64,000 nt of DNA from Chrysomallon squamiferum (GCA_012295275.1 CM022665.1:37448001-37512000), one strand, 5' to 3'; positions 15,794-31,364 are shown, counted from the first letter of the stretch. Made by a program: numbers and translations. Notes: generated by a model from the letters alone, not told the origin.

Positions 15794-17123
15794 TACTATT
15801 ATTATTATTACCAGTAATACTACTATCGGTAAGAGGATCGAAACAGATATAATTTTAGACTTCTATTTTCTTTCTTTTTTAGTTGGGTAATTGAATTATC
15901 TTGTACTGTAAAGTTTACAAACAACTGAATTGATTCGCTCTTTAAATACAGTTGATCTCCTAATTGATCACATTGTTTTTATTCAGACTCTTTGGCAATG
16001 TTTCTTACAACACTACAGTTATTCTTAAGTGAAAACAGTTATTTCGTTCACTCAGAAACAAACACTCTCTCTCAAACTCTTTCTCCCGTCTCTCTCATTC
16101 TCGTATTCTTTACACAAAAGCAACAACGGTAACAGTATTGATAACGAAGATGATAGCGACCTGTTAATAGCAGTGACTGGTTTGTTCAAAAGTACATTAC
16201 AGTCTCTCACTCAGCCAATCCAAGAAACGATGTAATTAAACCTAGTTTCAAGATCGTATTAATAACAGTACTTATTCAAGTGAGAATTCGAAAATTTAAT
16301 GAACTAAACCTCATTTAACACTGGAATCTATCGAGGCGTTGTTAAAGAGGATTTTTCTCTTAGATTTCTGTTTATATCCAGTCTGTTTAGTTTGTCAAAT
16401 TTTATATTAGAAACTCTCTCTCTCTATTCCTGATTCTGTCCACTATTTGTTTGATCTAACGATGATGATTTTCAGCAGAAATAACATCAACAACAACAAT
16501 AACTGAAACTGTTTTACATAATTAATCAAAGTCTAAAATATCTCAAATTCTCATAAAAGAGTTTTGGCTTTTCTAAGATTTCTAAGTAGCTTAAATAACC
16601 CTCAGTTATTATTATTTCTGACATGTATAATTTAAATTGAATTTATCAATAAACAAGGATTTATTAAAGTCATTAATACGAAGTCACAGATTTCGACAGA
16701 AACAATCGGGTTTAATAGAAGAAGAAGAAAAAAAAAAAAACGATTTCAGAACACTTTAAATTGAATCTTCGGTTCATGCAATTAGAAGCTATGAGATGAT
16801 GAGATTGTGATGAAATTACGGTCCTTCACTGATTACATGTTTTTTTTGAAGAAAAATGAGTTAATTTCAGATCTAGTGAATTAGTGTACATCAAAAACAA
16901 ATCAGTCTAAGCCACTGTATATTAGATTATCTATCTACGCTATATAAGGACCTTGATAACATTATTAGCTTACGTTTAAAAAAAAAAAAAAAAAAAAAAA
17001 AAATTATACAAGACCATAATGTTTTGCATTTTTGAACTACAATAAAAACACGAGATAAGATTTTTATATCACGAAAATTTTTACTGTTGTTAATTTTAAT
17101 AAATTTGGATATGAATATAATAA

Positions 17124-17166
<43 letters not shown>

Positions 17167-18949
17167 ATTATGGAAATGCGGTTTAGTAATTCATAAAATA
17201 AAGTTTGTAATTTGAGTTTGAAACGCACAAATTAATTTCACAGCTGTTTTAACCAAAAAAACTTAGTCTATGCTCCTGTATATATTGTATATAATAGTAG
17301 TTTATTTACTTTAAGCCGTGTGGCTCATAAGCATACAAGTACTTAAGTACGCATATTTACGTAGAAACATATGCGTGCTTGCACTTATTAATATTAATCG
17401 TTATATACGGTTATCTGAACAACATACTGACACTGGAGGTGGGGTTGTGTTTTTTTTTTTGGAATAATTAATTTTTCATGAATATGTCTAGAACGACGTG
17501 TTTCCAGTGATAAACCTTCTATCTGTCATCATCATCGTCTGCTATTTTTGTTATGTATCAGCAGAATCATTTTAAACTTTTATTGGCTGTACTGTTAAAT
17601 CATTCCAACAACATGATTCACCTAACGCTCCCTGTATTCTATAAGCAGCCTTTCTCGGTGAATTGGTTAATATGCAAACAATTAACTTTCCTATAACTGA
17701 TTTTAAATTACGTGATGTTGTTATTAGAAATATTATTGTTGTTGTTATTGTTATGATTGTTATTTTTGTTTCTGTTATTATTATTTTATTGTTGTTTTTG
17801 TTTTATTGTTTTTTGTTGTTGTTGTTATCGTTATTGTGATTTTGCTTTGTGTTCTTGTATTTGTTGCTTTTGTTATTATTTTTTATCATTATCACTGTTA
17901 CTATTGTTTTTCATACTGTTTTTTTTTTTTTTAAAATCATATTAAATTATTGTTATTATTGTTGTTATCATCATTATTGTTGTTAATATGTAATCACTCT
18001 ACTAATGATATATATTGTTGTCAGAATATACCTTCGCCTTTATAACAATGGTGTTGAGTGTACTTTGCTAATATAGTTTCATTACACAGACTTTCTTGTT
18101 AAGCAGTGTCTGGCAAACATAATGGCGACATTTTCTGGTGTTATAGTTCTGCATGCTGGAGAGCTCGATTCGGAACACAAAGTTACCATGCCAACACATA
18201 CCGTGGCTAAATTAAACGAAATAAAGAAACATCCGATAACAGCTACATTCCTAGAGCCATTTAGTAAAGAATTGATTTTGATATCCATAGATGTTAACAC
18301 GTAACCACCCATCAAAACAGCGTTAGGGAAAAGAGCAAATTGCACGTACCCATTAGTACATAATTAACATGCAAAGAAAATAAATGTATTGCGGGAAGTT
18401 TCATTTTTCGAAACCGGTTTTAAAAAGCACGCGTGGAAGGTCTCGATAATTCGTACGCTTTGAAGTTGCTTTAGGTCCGGACAAATAATGACTTTTCACG
18501 GAAAGAAATTATCTGTTTTTATTACGATTATTTCTTTCGATGTCTCTTTTACAGTGAAGGATCAAATGGATATTTTTAAACTGAAGATGAAATAGTATTG
18601 TTTTATTTTCTTCTAGCGACCAGCCTTGAAAGAAAAAACGCCGTGCATCTTAATATGAGTACATCTTCTTTGGTCATAACATGCTTAATCGGCAAATGGA
18701 GTGGTTTAGTAAATGTATTTATTATTTGCTCAGTGTTCTGTACAGCAACGCTGTAAGGTCAAAAGTTTTCTAGAATTAATATCGAAATTGAAGTAATGAA
18801 GAATGGAAGGTAGAAATCAATTTTATTATTATTTTTTTTTTATTGAAGATTTAAAAGCAATAATATTAAGGGACCAGACGTAATTTCCAAATGACGTGTT
18901 TATATTCACTTTACGTGATGAATTCAAATATTATTGGAAACAGTTATGC

Positions 18950-19012
<63 letters not shown>

Positions 19013-19943
19013 TGATAATAAAACAGAAATAAAGAGAGACTCCCTTTCAAAAATATATAGATAGGCATACGTTCACAGAAAACTCACTCATGCAGACTAA
19101 CATAACAGATTAACAATATTCTTTAGGTGAACACTAACACTGATGAAAATTGGTAAATTTATTCAAAATAGCTGTTGCGGTAAATAAACATTTTAACAAC
19201 AGCTAAATACCGAACGGAACTGTTTAAGCAGACAAATAATGAATCGCTGAAACTTGGACTATTTATAATGATGGTAAATACGGAATGATGCCCTAAAGAC
19301 AATATTTTGATAATAAACAGAGTCTAATGGCAGATGGTCGGTTTATCGTGACAATAAAATAATGAATTATATGAGTCAGATAATATCCGAGATGATAAAT
19401 ACTGAATTCAGTGAGTATGTAAGGATAATAATAGCTGAACAGTGTATTGTGTTTTGTGAATAAAGCAGAAATAATTCGGATAATAAATTCAGCAGTAAAG
19501 ATATGATCTTGGTTTATGTGCAGCTGAGAAAAAAAAGGTTATATAGGAATCTAACAATCTAATATTAATAAAATAATAATTTTGATAATATATCATTTTT
19601 ATTTTTTATTTATATTATTTCTTCTTTTCTTTGTTCATTCATTTATTACTTTTGTTCTTTTCATTTTTCATTTTTGTTCTTTTTCCTTTCTATTTTTTTT
19701 TTTTTTTTTTTTTGTCTTTTAACAAAAATGATTGAAATATAATGAATTCCCATTGATGTATTTCCAGGAAAATTGAGAGTATTCAACTATAAAATTTAAT
19801 GATCGTCATAAATCGATTCATTAGACTAAAGTACAATCATTTTTGTTTTTAAATTAACCGTTTAAACATTTTAGTAATAATTCAAACCATGAATATAATT
19901 AATACAGCTATTTCATTTCTGTAAAATAAATCAAATATTTTGC

Positions 19944-20102
<159 letters not shown>

Positions 20103-20317
20103 ACGTACCTGCATACAAACATTAGTTATGAACATACACATGTTTCTATCACTGTATGTTTGTCCATATATCTGTGTGTTCTCTGTGTATGTGTCTGTTT
20201 TGTGTAAACAATACTGTTAAGAACTAAAAAAAAATAAAGATACAAAATGTCATTTATAATTAAGTAATTTAGTTCAAACTTTTCCTAAACGACAACCCAC
20301 AAATGCACACACACACT

Positions 20318-20350
<33 letters not shown>

Positions 20351-21755
20351 AATCATAAGAAGATTTGAAAAGATAAAGCAAATAAGGAAAATAAAGCAGA
20401 TTGCTTAGAAACAAATAAATATAAAGAAAACAGAAAAATAAAATAGGAAAGATACAGAGTACAATTTACAGTTAAAAAATATAAAAATATAGCAATAATA
20501 TCAGAAAAGGATTTAGATAAGCATATCAGTGTCACAAGTAGCTGAAGTAATGTTTGGACAATATACATTTCGGTCTTGTCATATTGATTTCAGAAGTTTT
20601 TTTTTTTTTTTTAAATGAATAAGTCCTGATGTAAGATCAGTGTAATGGAAATTGGAAATTCTCAAATTTAGAGAAATCTCAGATTCACAGATTTACAAGT
20701 ACACTATTTCATTCTGTGAAATTTATACAAGAAAATAAAATCTTTCATCGGTAATGCCTACTGAATGTAGGAGCGACGATAAAGCCTGTGTACGCATGTT
20801 TTGTATCGACATCATTAGTTTAAAATGTACTGATACTAAACAGTAAAATCACCATAGAAACATCGTTAGCCTTAGGAAAAATGGTTAATCATAGCGAGTG
20901 AACGCAGCATAAACGGTGAAACAAAAAAAAAACAAAAAAAAAAAACCTCATTTATTTCTGAAAGAATAACAATAACAATAATAATAATAATAAATATATG
21001 GAAATGCGGTTTAGTAATCGAATCGAATTATAGTGGAACAAATAAGAAAAAATAAATAAAGAACATCACAGAAGTTGTCAAACCTTGCGCCAGTGGGAAC
21101 CAAGGTAATTTTGGGACATGCTCTGGGCTGCAGAGTCATTAGGAAGGCGCCGGAGGAAAATTGCCACGGCAATTACTACCAGATTTCAGTCCATTACGCC
21201 CATGCATAGAGAAAAGTCCATGAAGCTGATTGCAAGGTATCGCCATTATGAAGGACACGAATACATGATGACTCCATACTTATTTTTTTATTAGCGGTAC
21301 GCACATCTTCGAAGCAAGACGCCAACGAGTCAGTAATTGTCTCAGCAGATAACTTCTTAATTTAAGAAGCCGTTTTCTTTTAGCGGTACAGAGTACTACC
21401 GGGTCTTACGGTGTTGCTTTTTAAAAACGATTCGGCAATCGAAATGCAAAGACCTTTGCAAGAGGTAATGGAATTCAAGTCTGAGGACTCGCGCTTATGA
21501 AAGTGGAACGTGCTTGGCTAATAAACTTCGACATTATTACTTGGTAATGGAAAAAACAGAGCTGCTGGTGAAAATTTCTTAAATCTTTATCTACATGCAT
21601 GCAAATTAAAAAGCAAACACAGACACAAGCGCGCGCTCGCTTATATACATGGGAAGATGATGGTTACATATACATATATACGCGCTCGCTCTCTTTGTGT
21701 CTCTGTCACTCTCTCTCTATCTCTGACACACACGCACACACACACACACTTACAT

Positions 21756-21786
<31 letters not shown>

Positions 21787-22261
21787 CAGAGTTCACTCTG
21801 TTTGGTTTACGTTTTTAAAACTGATATTAATTCAAAGTACTGTCTGAATTCTGCTAACACAAAAAGAAAAAAAGAAAAAACTGAAAAACTAATAATAATA
21901 TTTGAATTAAAAAACGATTTAATATAATAATATTTTAGTTATCCCTGAAGATTTTCACTGAATTTTTGAAAAACTCTGTTTTTATAATTGTTTTTCATTT
22001 ATGTTTTTATAATTGTTTGAGATACTCTTTATGCATTTGTTTTATTTACTTATTTTAAGATTTATTTATTTATTTTATAAATTTTACAATAACAGCATCG
22101 TATCATTTAAAAGCTATTTACTTTTCTTTTTAACCTTGTCATTTTGCCTTTAAAATCATACGTTTTCTAAGAAATCGGTAATATTAAAAAGTTCTATAAA
22201 GCGATAATGAAAATATACATAATAATCTGATTTATGTATGTGTATGTGTATTCGCAGTGTG

Positions 22262-22338
<77 letters not shown>

Positions 22339-23567
22339 ATGAAAGAAAGTGAAGATAATAAATTACCGAATATGTTAGAAATACGTTAAAGATATATTTA
22401 TAATACATAAATACAGTGTTATTTAATTACCTTTACATAAATGAATCTTTGTTACTGACTGTATCTCTTTACCGAGAAAACATAAACATCAACCTGTTGT
22501 GTTACAAGGAACAAAAGAGTAACAGTGAATAGCTGAGTGTAATCATGACTGTTTCTTTGTTGATAGGTGCGCAGGTAAGTCTTGATGGACGTGTGAGTCC
22601 AGTTTGACCGAACGAATTAAATACCTGTACAGAAAAACTGGAATTAAAAACAGATTAATTAACGTCTAATGTAAAAAGCTTACCTCTTCCTCTCGCTCGC
22701 CCTCCTCCATGTACATTCTGCTCCATTATTGTCAAACCATGATAACGGTTTCCCGCATTTTGAATCTGACGTTCGCGATCAATACCTTAGGCAGACTGAC
22801 GCTACATTGCGCGCGCTAGCGAAACCCTTTGTCGTCTGCTAACATTGGTGATTGCACCGGAACTAGTTTGATCCTGGCTAAAGGTCAGAAACTTTGACAT
22901 TAAGGATCCCATAGTAATTTCGTAATTCAGCCATCAAGTAGACGAGCACGTTATTTTGATTATGCCATAATTTATCATTTCTTGCACACAGCAGATCGAG
23001 AAATCAGTTTTGATCATTAATTGCTACGCCAGTCAAGCGACCGTTATACAGACTTTCCACTGGCCGGTGTTCTCCCAGTTCTCTGACTGTGACACGGAAC
23101 CCATGTTGACAAGATTATATATGTTAGTAATATAAACGATAAAAATCGATCAACATTCGATTGAGATATTGCCGTGTTCATAAATGACACGGCACCGACA
23201 CTTGACTGAGCTTGAAGAATTTTCCAGCAGCGCAAACAGTGTTCAAACCATTTCATACGGTGACTAAAGCAAAGCACAAAACTTCCTGAGCCGTAAGAAA
23301 TTGTGTGATGTTTTTTCCTGATATGAAACAAATCTACCAGATACAATTTAGATGGGACCGTGACAGAAGTCAGTTATAACTTAGTCAAATCGTTTCTATT
23401 ATAAATGAAACAGCTTCGTTGGCAGTAGAAAGTGCAATCAAAGTACATCGTCCGCTGTTTAAGATATATCTCGTCAAGATCTTGTAGTCAAATCCGTAAT
23501 AAAAGTCGGGAATAAAAAACAAAAACATTTTAAACGATGACGAAGATAACTGTAAAAAAAAAAAAAA

Positions 23568-23790
23568 AATCCCCGAGAAGCAGAAATATGTTTCAGAAGC
23601 AAACCATTTCGAACGATGAAGGCAATTCAAAATAATCCCAAGTGCTGAAGAAATACGTGTTTCTGAAGCCAATCATTTTCAGTAAAAGCAATTCGCTAAT
23701 ATCTCTCGGTTGTAGAAATACGTGTCAGGAGTAAACTATTTCAAATGTTCAACACAACTCGGATGTATCTTCGGGCCGTAGAGAATGTAG
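23568..23790 (+). repeat. degenerate ~66-bp minisatellite, 3-4 copies
   Basis: Recurring AGAAATAyGTgT..GAAGC.AA.CATTTC...AAGCAATTC units. Confidence 0.65.
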
Positions 23791-24013
23791 TTTTCTTGCC
23801 TGTACGGAAGCAATCTGGCCCAGATCTTGAAGACAAGTTTGTAATAGAGTTCAGTAGTAAGCGAGAACCTGTCTTATTAGATTGAACGATACGAGACTCT
23901 GGAGATGCTTCTAGCATCAGAACGGGATTTGTCTCAATTACTTAATCAGGAACGTCGTGGCCATTTAGCAAGTCTCAACGTCAAATGTCTTCGCAAACTT
24001 GTCGTGTAGTGCT

Positions 24014-24211
24014 GTGTTAGACAAACAGGTTTAGAATTCGCCTTCAAATCTAGATGCAGTCATTTAGAAGATATCCATGTTAAATATTTTCACAGTCTCC
24101 ATTCTTCTGGTTTATGCGGAGTATTGGTCGGTGTTAGACAAACAGGTTTAGGGTTTGCTTTCAAATATAGCTGCAGCCATTTAGAAGCAAAGAACGTCAA
24201 ATATTTTCACA
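24014..24211 (+). repeat. diverged direct repeat, ~117-bp period
   Basis: GTGTTAGACAAACAGGTTTAG...TTCAAAT.TAG.TGCAG.CATTTAGAAG...AAATATTTTCACA at ~24014 and ~24131. Confidence 0.85.
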
Positions 24212-24906
24212 TTTTCACAAATCTCAGTGCCAACTTTCTTCACAGCCGCCATTTGTATAATATATATAGAACAGCAGGGCCCATTTTCTAAGTCTGACTT
24301 TAGCAACTAATAATTCTCTACAATGAAAGTCATCACGTAATGTTCAGTAATAATGATGAGCGTTTCATATCTGATTCCTGTTTGTTATTTAATTTGTTGA
24401 AATTAATACAGATGAATAAAAACATTTCACTCTCTCGTTGTTGGTTTTCTTATTTGGATTAACGACAGTCCATCTGATCGTCTGTTTTTCTTTTTTTTTT
24501 CTTCCCGTCTTCTTCTTCTCTCTTTTCTTTTAGTCTGTCTCTGATAAGATGATAACAATACGATTATATAAATGTTTTACAAGAAAGAATGCAAAATAAA
24601 ACTAATAAAATAAACATTAGTAAATAGATAGAGTGATGGATTGACTGACAGATATATAGATATATAGATAGACAGACATATATACCTGTACAGAGACAGA
24701 AAGACAAAGAGAAAAGTAGATGGATAGATAGATAAACAAACCGAGATATACACAGACAGACAAACATACAGACATATAAATAAACAAACATATATAAAAA
24801 ATAAATTCAACGCATTTGTCTCAGAAATGTGTTTTACGTGCATTTTCAGTCACTATATAATAATTCATCTGGCCTTCAAACAGCATGTGTTAATTAAAAA
24901 ATTAAA

Positions 24907-24923
24907 TACATACATACATACAA

Positions 24924-24956
<33 letters not shown>

Positions 24957-25033
24957 CATACATACATACATACATACATACATACATACATACATACATA
25001 CATACATACATACATACATACATACATACATAC
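24907..25033. repeat. (TACA)n microsatellite
   Basis: Seen directly; related TACA/TATG arrays at ~12400-12550, 15450-15640, 32165-32290. Confidence 0.95.
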
Positions 25034-26923
25034 GTATATAATAAGGAGGCTTGGTGTATTTATGTATTTTATAAAATAAATAAATAAAAATAAAAACGCC
25101 AATCTTCCATGACTAAAAATATTCTTGATTCAATACGAAATTGCAAAATCTATAAAGTGACGTTTTATTTATTTATCTGTGGAACTGTTCTTTGTAAATC
25201 GCTTAACGTTCCGTAAACATAAACTGTTCGCGTCAGCGTTATGTAAATTGTACTGAAATCGCAAATCTCTATAAATCGATTTCTTTTTTGTTTAGTTGTT
25301 GTTGTTGTTTTTTTTCTCCTGTCTCTTACTCTCTCTCTCTCTTTTTTTTTTTTTATTTTATTTCTTAAATATTTTTTTTTTTTTTTTTTTTTTATATATA
25401 AAAAAATAAAATAAAAGATAAAATAAAAAAAATAATAATAAAATAAAACACTCAGACATTAAGCAGACTCTGATTTTTGCAATGAAATTGAATGAATGAC
25501 TTCGGTAGTTTAACAAACGATCGTTATTTCTTTTTCCTTTCATTTTTTTTCTTTTCATTCTTTAATTATATATTTTTTTTTACTTTTATTCTTTCTTTCT
25601 TTCTTTTTTCTTCTTTAATTTCTTCTCTTCTCTTTTCTTAATTCCTTTCAAGGTGAAACATTTAGCATTCATAAAAATATAAATACTTTTATTTTAAGTA
25701 ATACAAAACTTTAAAAAAAATTCTTAAATGAACACTGTTGGCTTGAAGCTCTATTTGTTTTGTTTGGGTTTGGGTTTTTTGGTACAAAATAATAAATACA
25801 AAGATTCAAATTCAGTTCAGAGAATTCTTGACCACCAGATCAATAATGCTACAGACATCACTTGTATATCTACACTGTATAATGAAGACATTCATGGTCA
25901 CGAAAATAAAAAGGTAAAGCTCATCATTAGAAAAATTCAGCTTAATTCTCTATCATCAGTTATCAAAATATGTTATTTCTCTTGCGTATTTTTCACAGAA
26001 AACCTTGAAATAATCTTTTTTTTCCATCAGATTTTTATAAGATTCTTCTGTTACAGAGGAAAACGCTTACAAACTGCCTTCTATAACGAGGGATAGAGCA
26101 ATGTCCGGAATGGTAAATATTTACATGTATTTCGACAATCATTCGATTATCTACAAATTAATCAATATGTTTTCCTAATCACGCACTCTGTCGCTGTTAG
26201 CGGAACGCGGGACATTTCTGGTTTTTAATATGTTGCTGATATATGTTGATATCACCAGCGTTTCCTGCATTAAGTATTCCTTAAGTGGACAAACGCTTTA
26301 TATGTAGACGCCAATTACAAAGTCTGAGCTCAGAAATTGTCAATACTCTTGCACGGCTATGCAGTGCGGCATATCTCGGGGGACGTTATAAAGCTAGCGA
26401 GTTTGTGCAAATGTGCTTTAATTATGTATTGGAAACATCACGAAGGGAATACTGGTACACATATATATCTCGAATGAGGCCAGACGTGCCACAACACGAA
26501 TTCACGTAACCATAGACGCCAGCGAGAGCAAAACTTCAGTCGTATCCTTTCGCGTCAGCGCGGACATTTTTTTTAAAGTAATATCCTGCTGATGAATGTT
26601 AATAAATGTCGAGATGGCGTATTAATCCTGACATTGATAAGCATTACAGGGACCAAGACGGTCTTACTCGAGCGGTGTGAAGTAGGGTACTTTACATACG
26701 ACGATGGAATCAAGGTAGCAAGGAATGATAATACAGGGATAAGGAATGGAAAGGACTGGAAGAGAACGGAAATTCGGACTAGAGCAGAACAGAGTGAAAC
26801 AAAAGAGGAAAAATGGTGGAACTAAAAATAACAGAAAATGAAAAAAAAAAAAAAGAAAGACAAAACAAAAAGAAAGGAAAGACACAGAAAGACTGAAGAT
26901 GAAAGAAAAGGAACACAAAGGGT

Positions 26924-27013
26924 GACAATTGCTCACCGGACAATACTTCACCGGACAGTATCTTACCGGACAATTGCTCACCGGACTATACCTTACTGGA
27001 CAATTACTCATCA
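26924..27013 (+). repeat. 15-bp tandem repeat x6 (GACAATTGCTCACCG consensus)
   Basis: Units GACAATTGCTCACCG, GACAATACTTCACCG, GACAGTATCTTACCG, GACAATTGCTCACCG, GACTATACCTTACTG, GACAATTACTCATCA. Confidence 0.9.
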
Positions 27014-28371
27014 CAATTGCTGATGTTTTTTTTATCAATAAATTTTATTTTCGGTTATCGTATATGTATGTAAAAGGTTTAGTGGGAGTGGGAATATTTG
27101 ATAAATAAATAAATAAAATAAATAAGATAACAAATTTAACTGTAAATCAGCTATATTTTCAAATCGTTTTCCAAAACTTTGATATTCAAAATGTTAAGTC
27201 TTGCAGAGTAATCATAAAAGACTAAAAAGTAATTAATTATTAAAAACAATACATACTTATAAAATTTTAATCTTCCTAAACCAACAATAATGTTTGAGTA
27301 GTTATCCTAAAATGATATTATAGTTAGTACTTTACACCTGTAACTGAAACATAGTGTATGACTTTGATGTTCATAATCATAATCAGAAGTAACTGCCCCC
27401 TTAATCAAACAACTATAGGCATCTCAAAAACTTTAATTAAGTGAATTGTGTAATTAGCACAAAATTGAAGTTGTGTCTTTAGAAATTCTGCGTTTTATTC
27501 TTTTTTATCAACAAAAAATTCGGTTATTTTTTCAAAAATAAAATAATAAATAAAATTTTATTGATAAAAAAAAAAACTAAAGGTCAACAGCTGCACTATA
27601 TTCGTTTTTGTCAGTATATTCCGACTGACAGTCATTTGTAACAACCCTTTAAAAAATCTTATATATTTATGATTGTTTAAATCAATAACAGTCAACCTAC
27701 ATGCGGTAACAGTTAAATTATTTATGGTTAAAAGGAATTAGCATGATTTTGCACTAATGCAGATTAAGTAAAATTATTCATTGCCTTTATATGACAAAAT
27801 GGTAATTGAAAAAAAAAAAAAATAATAATAAAATCGTGGATTCGAAATTGCTAATGTTTGCTTGACTTGAATATCTGATTAATTATTCAGTTTACGTATC
27901 TTTTATTCATTTTTGTGTTCTATTAATTCTGTCTTCGAGTAAAATGCATGAAATTTTTCCATAGCTGTAATTGTTTTTCTTCTTTTATCTAGCGTCTTCT
28001 ATGTGAAAATTTCCTTTCCTCTTTTTCTTATTTTCATTTATCTTCTCTTCAATATATTCATCCATCTTTCTTCATTCCTTCTGTTTGTTGATAAAACACT
28101 TCATTCTTCCTTAGTGACATGATTTCAAATGAGCAGCTCTTATCTTAAGCTGTTTGTGTGTGTTTGTGTTCTACTGTTAACTCCTCTCTCTTTCTCTGTG
28201 TTTCTCTCTGTCTCTCTCATTATGGTTTTTTCCGTTTTTTTCTCTCCTTCTTTTTCTGTGTCTCATTCGTTTCTATCCATCTGTCTTTTTTTGTCTTTCT
28301 GTCTTTGTCGCTCTCTCTCTATCTCCTCCCATATGTCTGCTTCTCTCTCTGCCTGACGTTTCTCTGAATCG

Positions 28372-28483
<112 letters not shown>

Positions 28484-30406
28484 GTTATTATCAAGCTAAC
28501 AGTCAACATTTGTTTTCTATGTTGACTCTGTTTACTGTTAATTAAACACAAGAAAAAATGTAATTAAGTACGTTTTCTGCTTTGCAAATAGCTCTTTCCA
28601 CATGTATGAATCAATATTGTTGTTTCTGAAATCATCATCGTGAACGTAATCCGTCAAACCGAATGCAGTCGGCATCAGATTCTGTTTTCACCTACCATCT
28701 GCAGCTCTGCAGCGCACAAACATTGACCAAACTGATAGAAATTAACGTCGTGCAAATACGTCCTCTGTGACTGAGAAGAGAGGATCTTAACATTTACACA
28801 AACGCTAAATACACAGAAACAAATTCTGTTATATAGCAAGACATTAACTGTATCGATTCTGTTGTTAAATTTCAGAAGCCGATTCATGGCTATAGAAAAA
28901 CCTGATGACTGACAAACACGTAGAACGACAGTCCAGTTCTAATCTGAAAGAAAAAAAAGGAAACTGATTTTTCTATTTGAATGAGATCGACCAGTTAATG
29001 AAGTAAGTACCGGCGTCACTTGTCCCAGCTTATTTTTGTTTAATCTTCATTCGACTGATTCTACAAACAAGCATGGACAGTCTGCCACTTCAGACCTACG
29101 TAATTATTTCACTAACAGCTAAAATAGTCTCTCTTTCTGACAGAACTATAAATCAGAGTCTCACTGATTTCTGAGAAGATGTAGTTGATTTGTCCAATGA
29201 CGATGAAAATATAGTGTGTTAGAAATGTGTGGTAGCTGTGAGAGTGTGCGTGCGTGGACATGTACGTGACTGTGTGACCGATTTGTTCTGTCACGAGGAC
29301 AGTTATAATGGATAGTAAATATGTATGTACTTGTAATAATCCTTCTGTTGCATTATTTTGTTCCAAGCTAATGACATTCATAGTACATGTATATTTTATA
29401 TTGCATATGTGAACATAATGAGAGTCATATATACATCCCTTAACACACATACACGCATACACACACACAAATACACACACATATACACCCACAATAGATG
29501 AAAGCAAAATACCAGAATGTTTATCACCTCTATCTTTAACCCATCATCGTGAACCCATTGTTTGTTTGTCTAAAAGAACGTTGTCTGCTGCTATCAATAG
29601 CTGGTAATATTAAGTTATAATGACTGACCACACAACAGCAGAGGTGGTTCCTCCAGGGAACTGAGTCTGTTTTTAGATAACCAAAGATAATTTTGCGCTC
29701 ATGATGCTTGTAAATTAGGTTTAACGCTATCCGTGTTTGAAACATTCTCAGTGGAAACATTTTCTACCTTATCGCTAATGATTTCACACTTAGGATATTT
29801 TTTTTTTTTTTTTTTTTTTTTTCACTTATTAAATGTAAATTTTTAACAGTCCTCTTCACTGAACGTAATATCGTTTATAATGATATACGTGTGTGGATGT
29901 ATGTTTTAATATTCGTATACATGCATGCATACATACATATATACACCCTGACGTATACATGTCAAGGCCGATGAAAATGAAAGCAAGTAGAAAACAGAAA
30001 TAAACTGTCACAGAAGAATTAAATAAAGATAAAACAGTACGAAATTAAGTTAATATCTCTTGTCGTTTCACAACACACTGCATAATTACATAATTACTGT
30101 ACATTGTCGGAAGATACCACCATTCTGATCATTACTTTATTCTTAAAGTTAATTTCAGTGTTCAGAGAGAAGAAAAACAATGAAAAAAAACAAAAACCGA
30201 CGAAAAAACACAGAAAACAAAAACCCGTTAAAATTATAGGCTTTCTATTCCAAAGCAATTTGAAAACTAATAACATAACAAGCCAGACTTACAAGTAAAA
30301 TGAAAGGTTGCACGTTTCAAAATAAGAAGCGAAATTACTCGATTTCTCTGACTTTTTTCTCTCTCCCTTTCTCTTTGACACATAATTATGTACACATATA
30401 ATCCAT

Positions 30407-30502
<96 letters not shown>

Positions 30503-31364
30503 CCTGTTCTCTCTCCCCTTCTCTCATACACACATATCACGCAAGCACACATCCATTCAACTGTCTTTTCTTTCTTTCTCTCCCTCCTTCTATCTTTCTT
30601 TCACTAACCTCACTCTATCTCTTTCATTCTCTCTTCCCTTTATAGTTTTTTTCTCACCCTTTCTTTTTGTATTTTTTTTTTTTTTTTTTTTTTGTCCAGT
30701 ACAAAAATAAAAAACCTCTTTTTTTGTTGTTGTTCTTGTCACAACCAGTTTCTTACGATTACATTTAAAAGTGGTATAATTGGAGCAGTGACATTTTGAC
30801 ACAGAAGTAAAATTACCATGATGAAATTTTCTAGATATAATGACAGCGGGTTTCAGAACTGTTTCCTTGCTGTCACGTTAAAATAAAATAGACGAAATCA
30901 GTAATGACAGACTACAAACAAATCTGAATGAAATCTAATAACATGTTTCTTGTATTCGATAAAACTTTGAAAACCTGATTTGGTAAACACTGAGAGGAGG
31001 AAATTTGTTTTAATAATCAACCGGATGGGGAATCTCATGATGTTTTACATTCTTCAAAGAGAAAGAAAAGAAAAGAAAATAAAACCCGTTACGTTTTTCT
31101 GTATTTCTTTTTGTGCCAGTATTTCGTCAATCTATCTTTGATATAGCTATGTGTAATAAACAAACAAACCAACAAACCAACAAACAAATAAACAAATAAA
31201 TAAATAAATACGTAGATGTTATATGCCTTCGTTTACATACCTACATGCTTCCTTATTACGTACATATCTACACACGTACGTGCGTACGTCTGATATCTAC
31301 CTTAAATCTTACCTCACACACACACTCATACATACATAAATACATATACACATACATACACACA

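Noticed and set aside
26924-27013. CRISPR-like array
   Set aside because: Eukaryotic DNA; head-to-tail 15-bp units with no unique spacers and no cas genes
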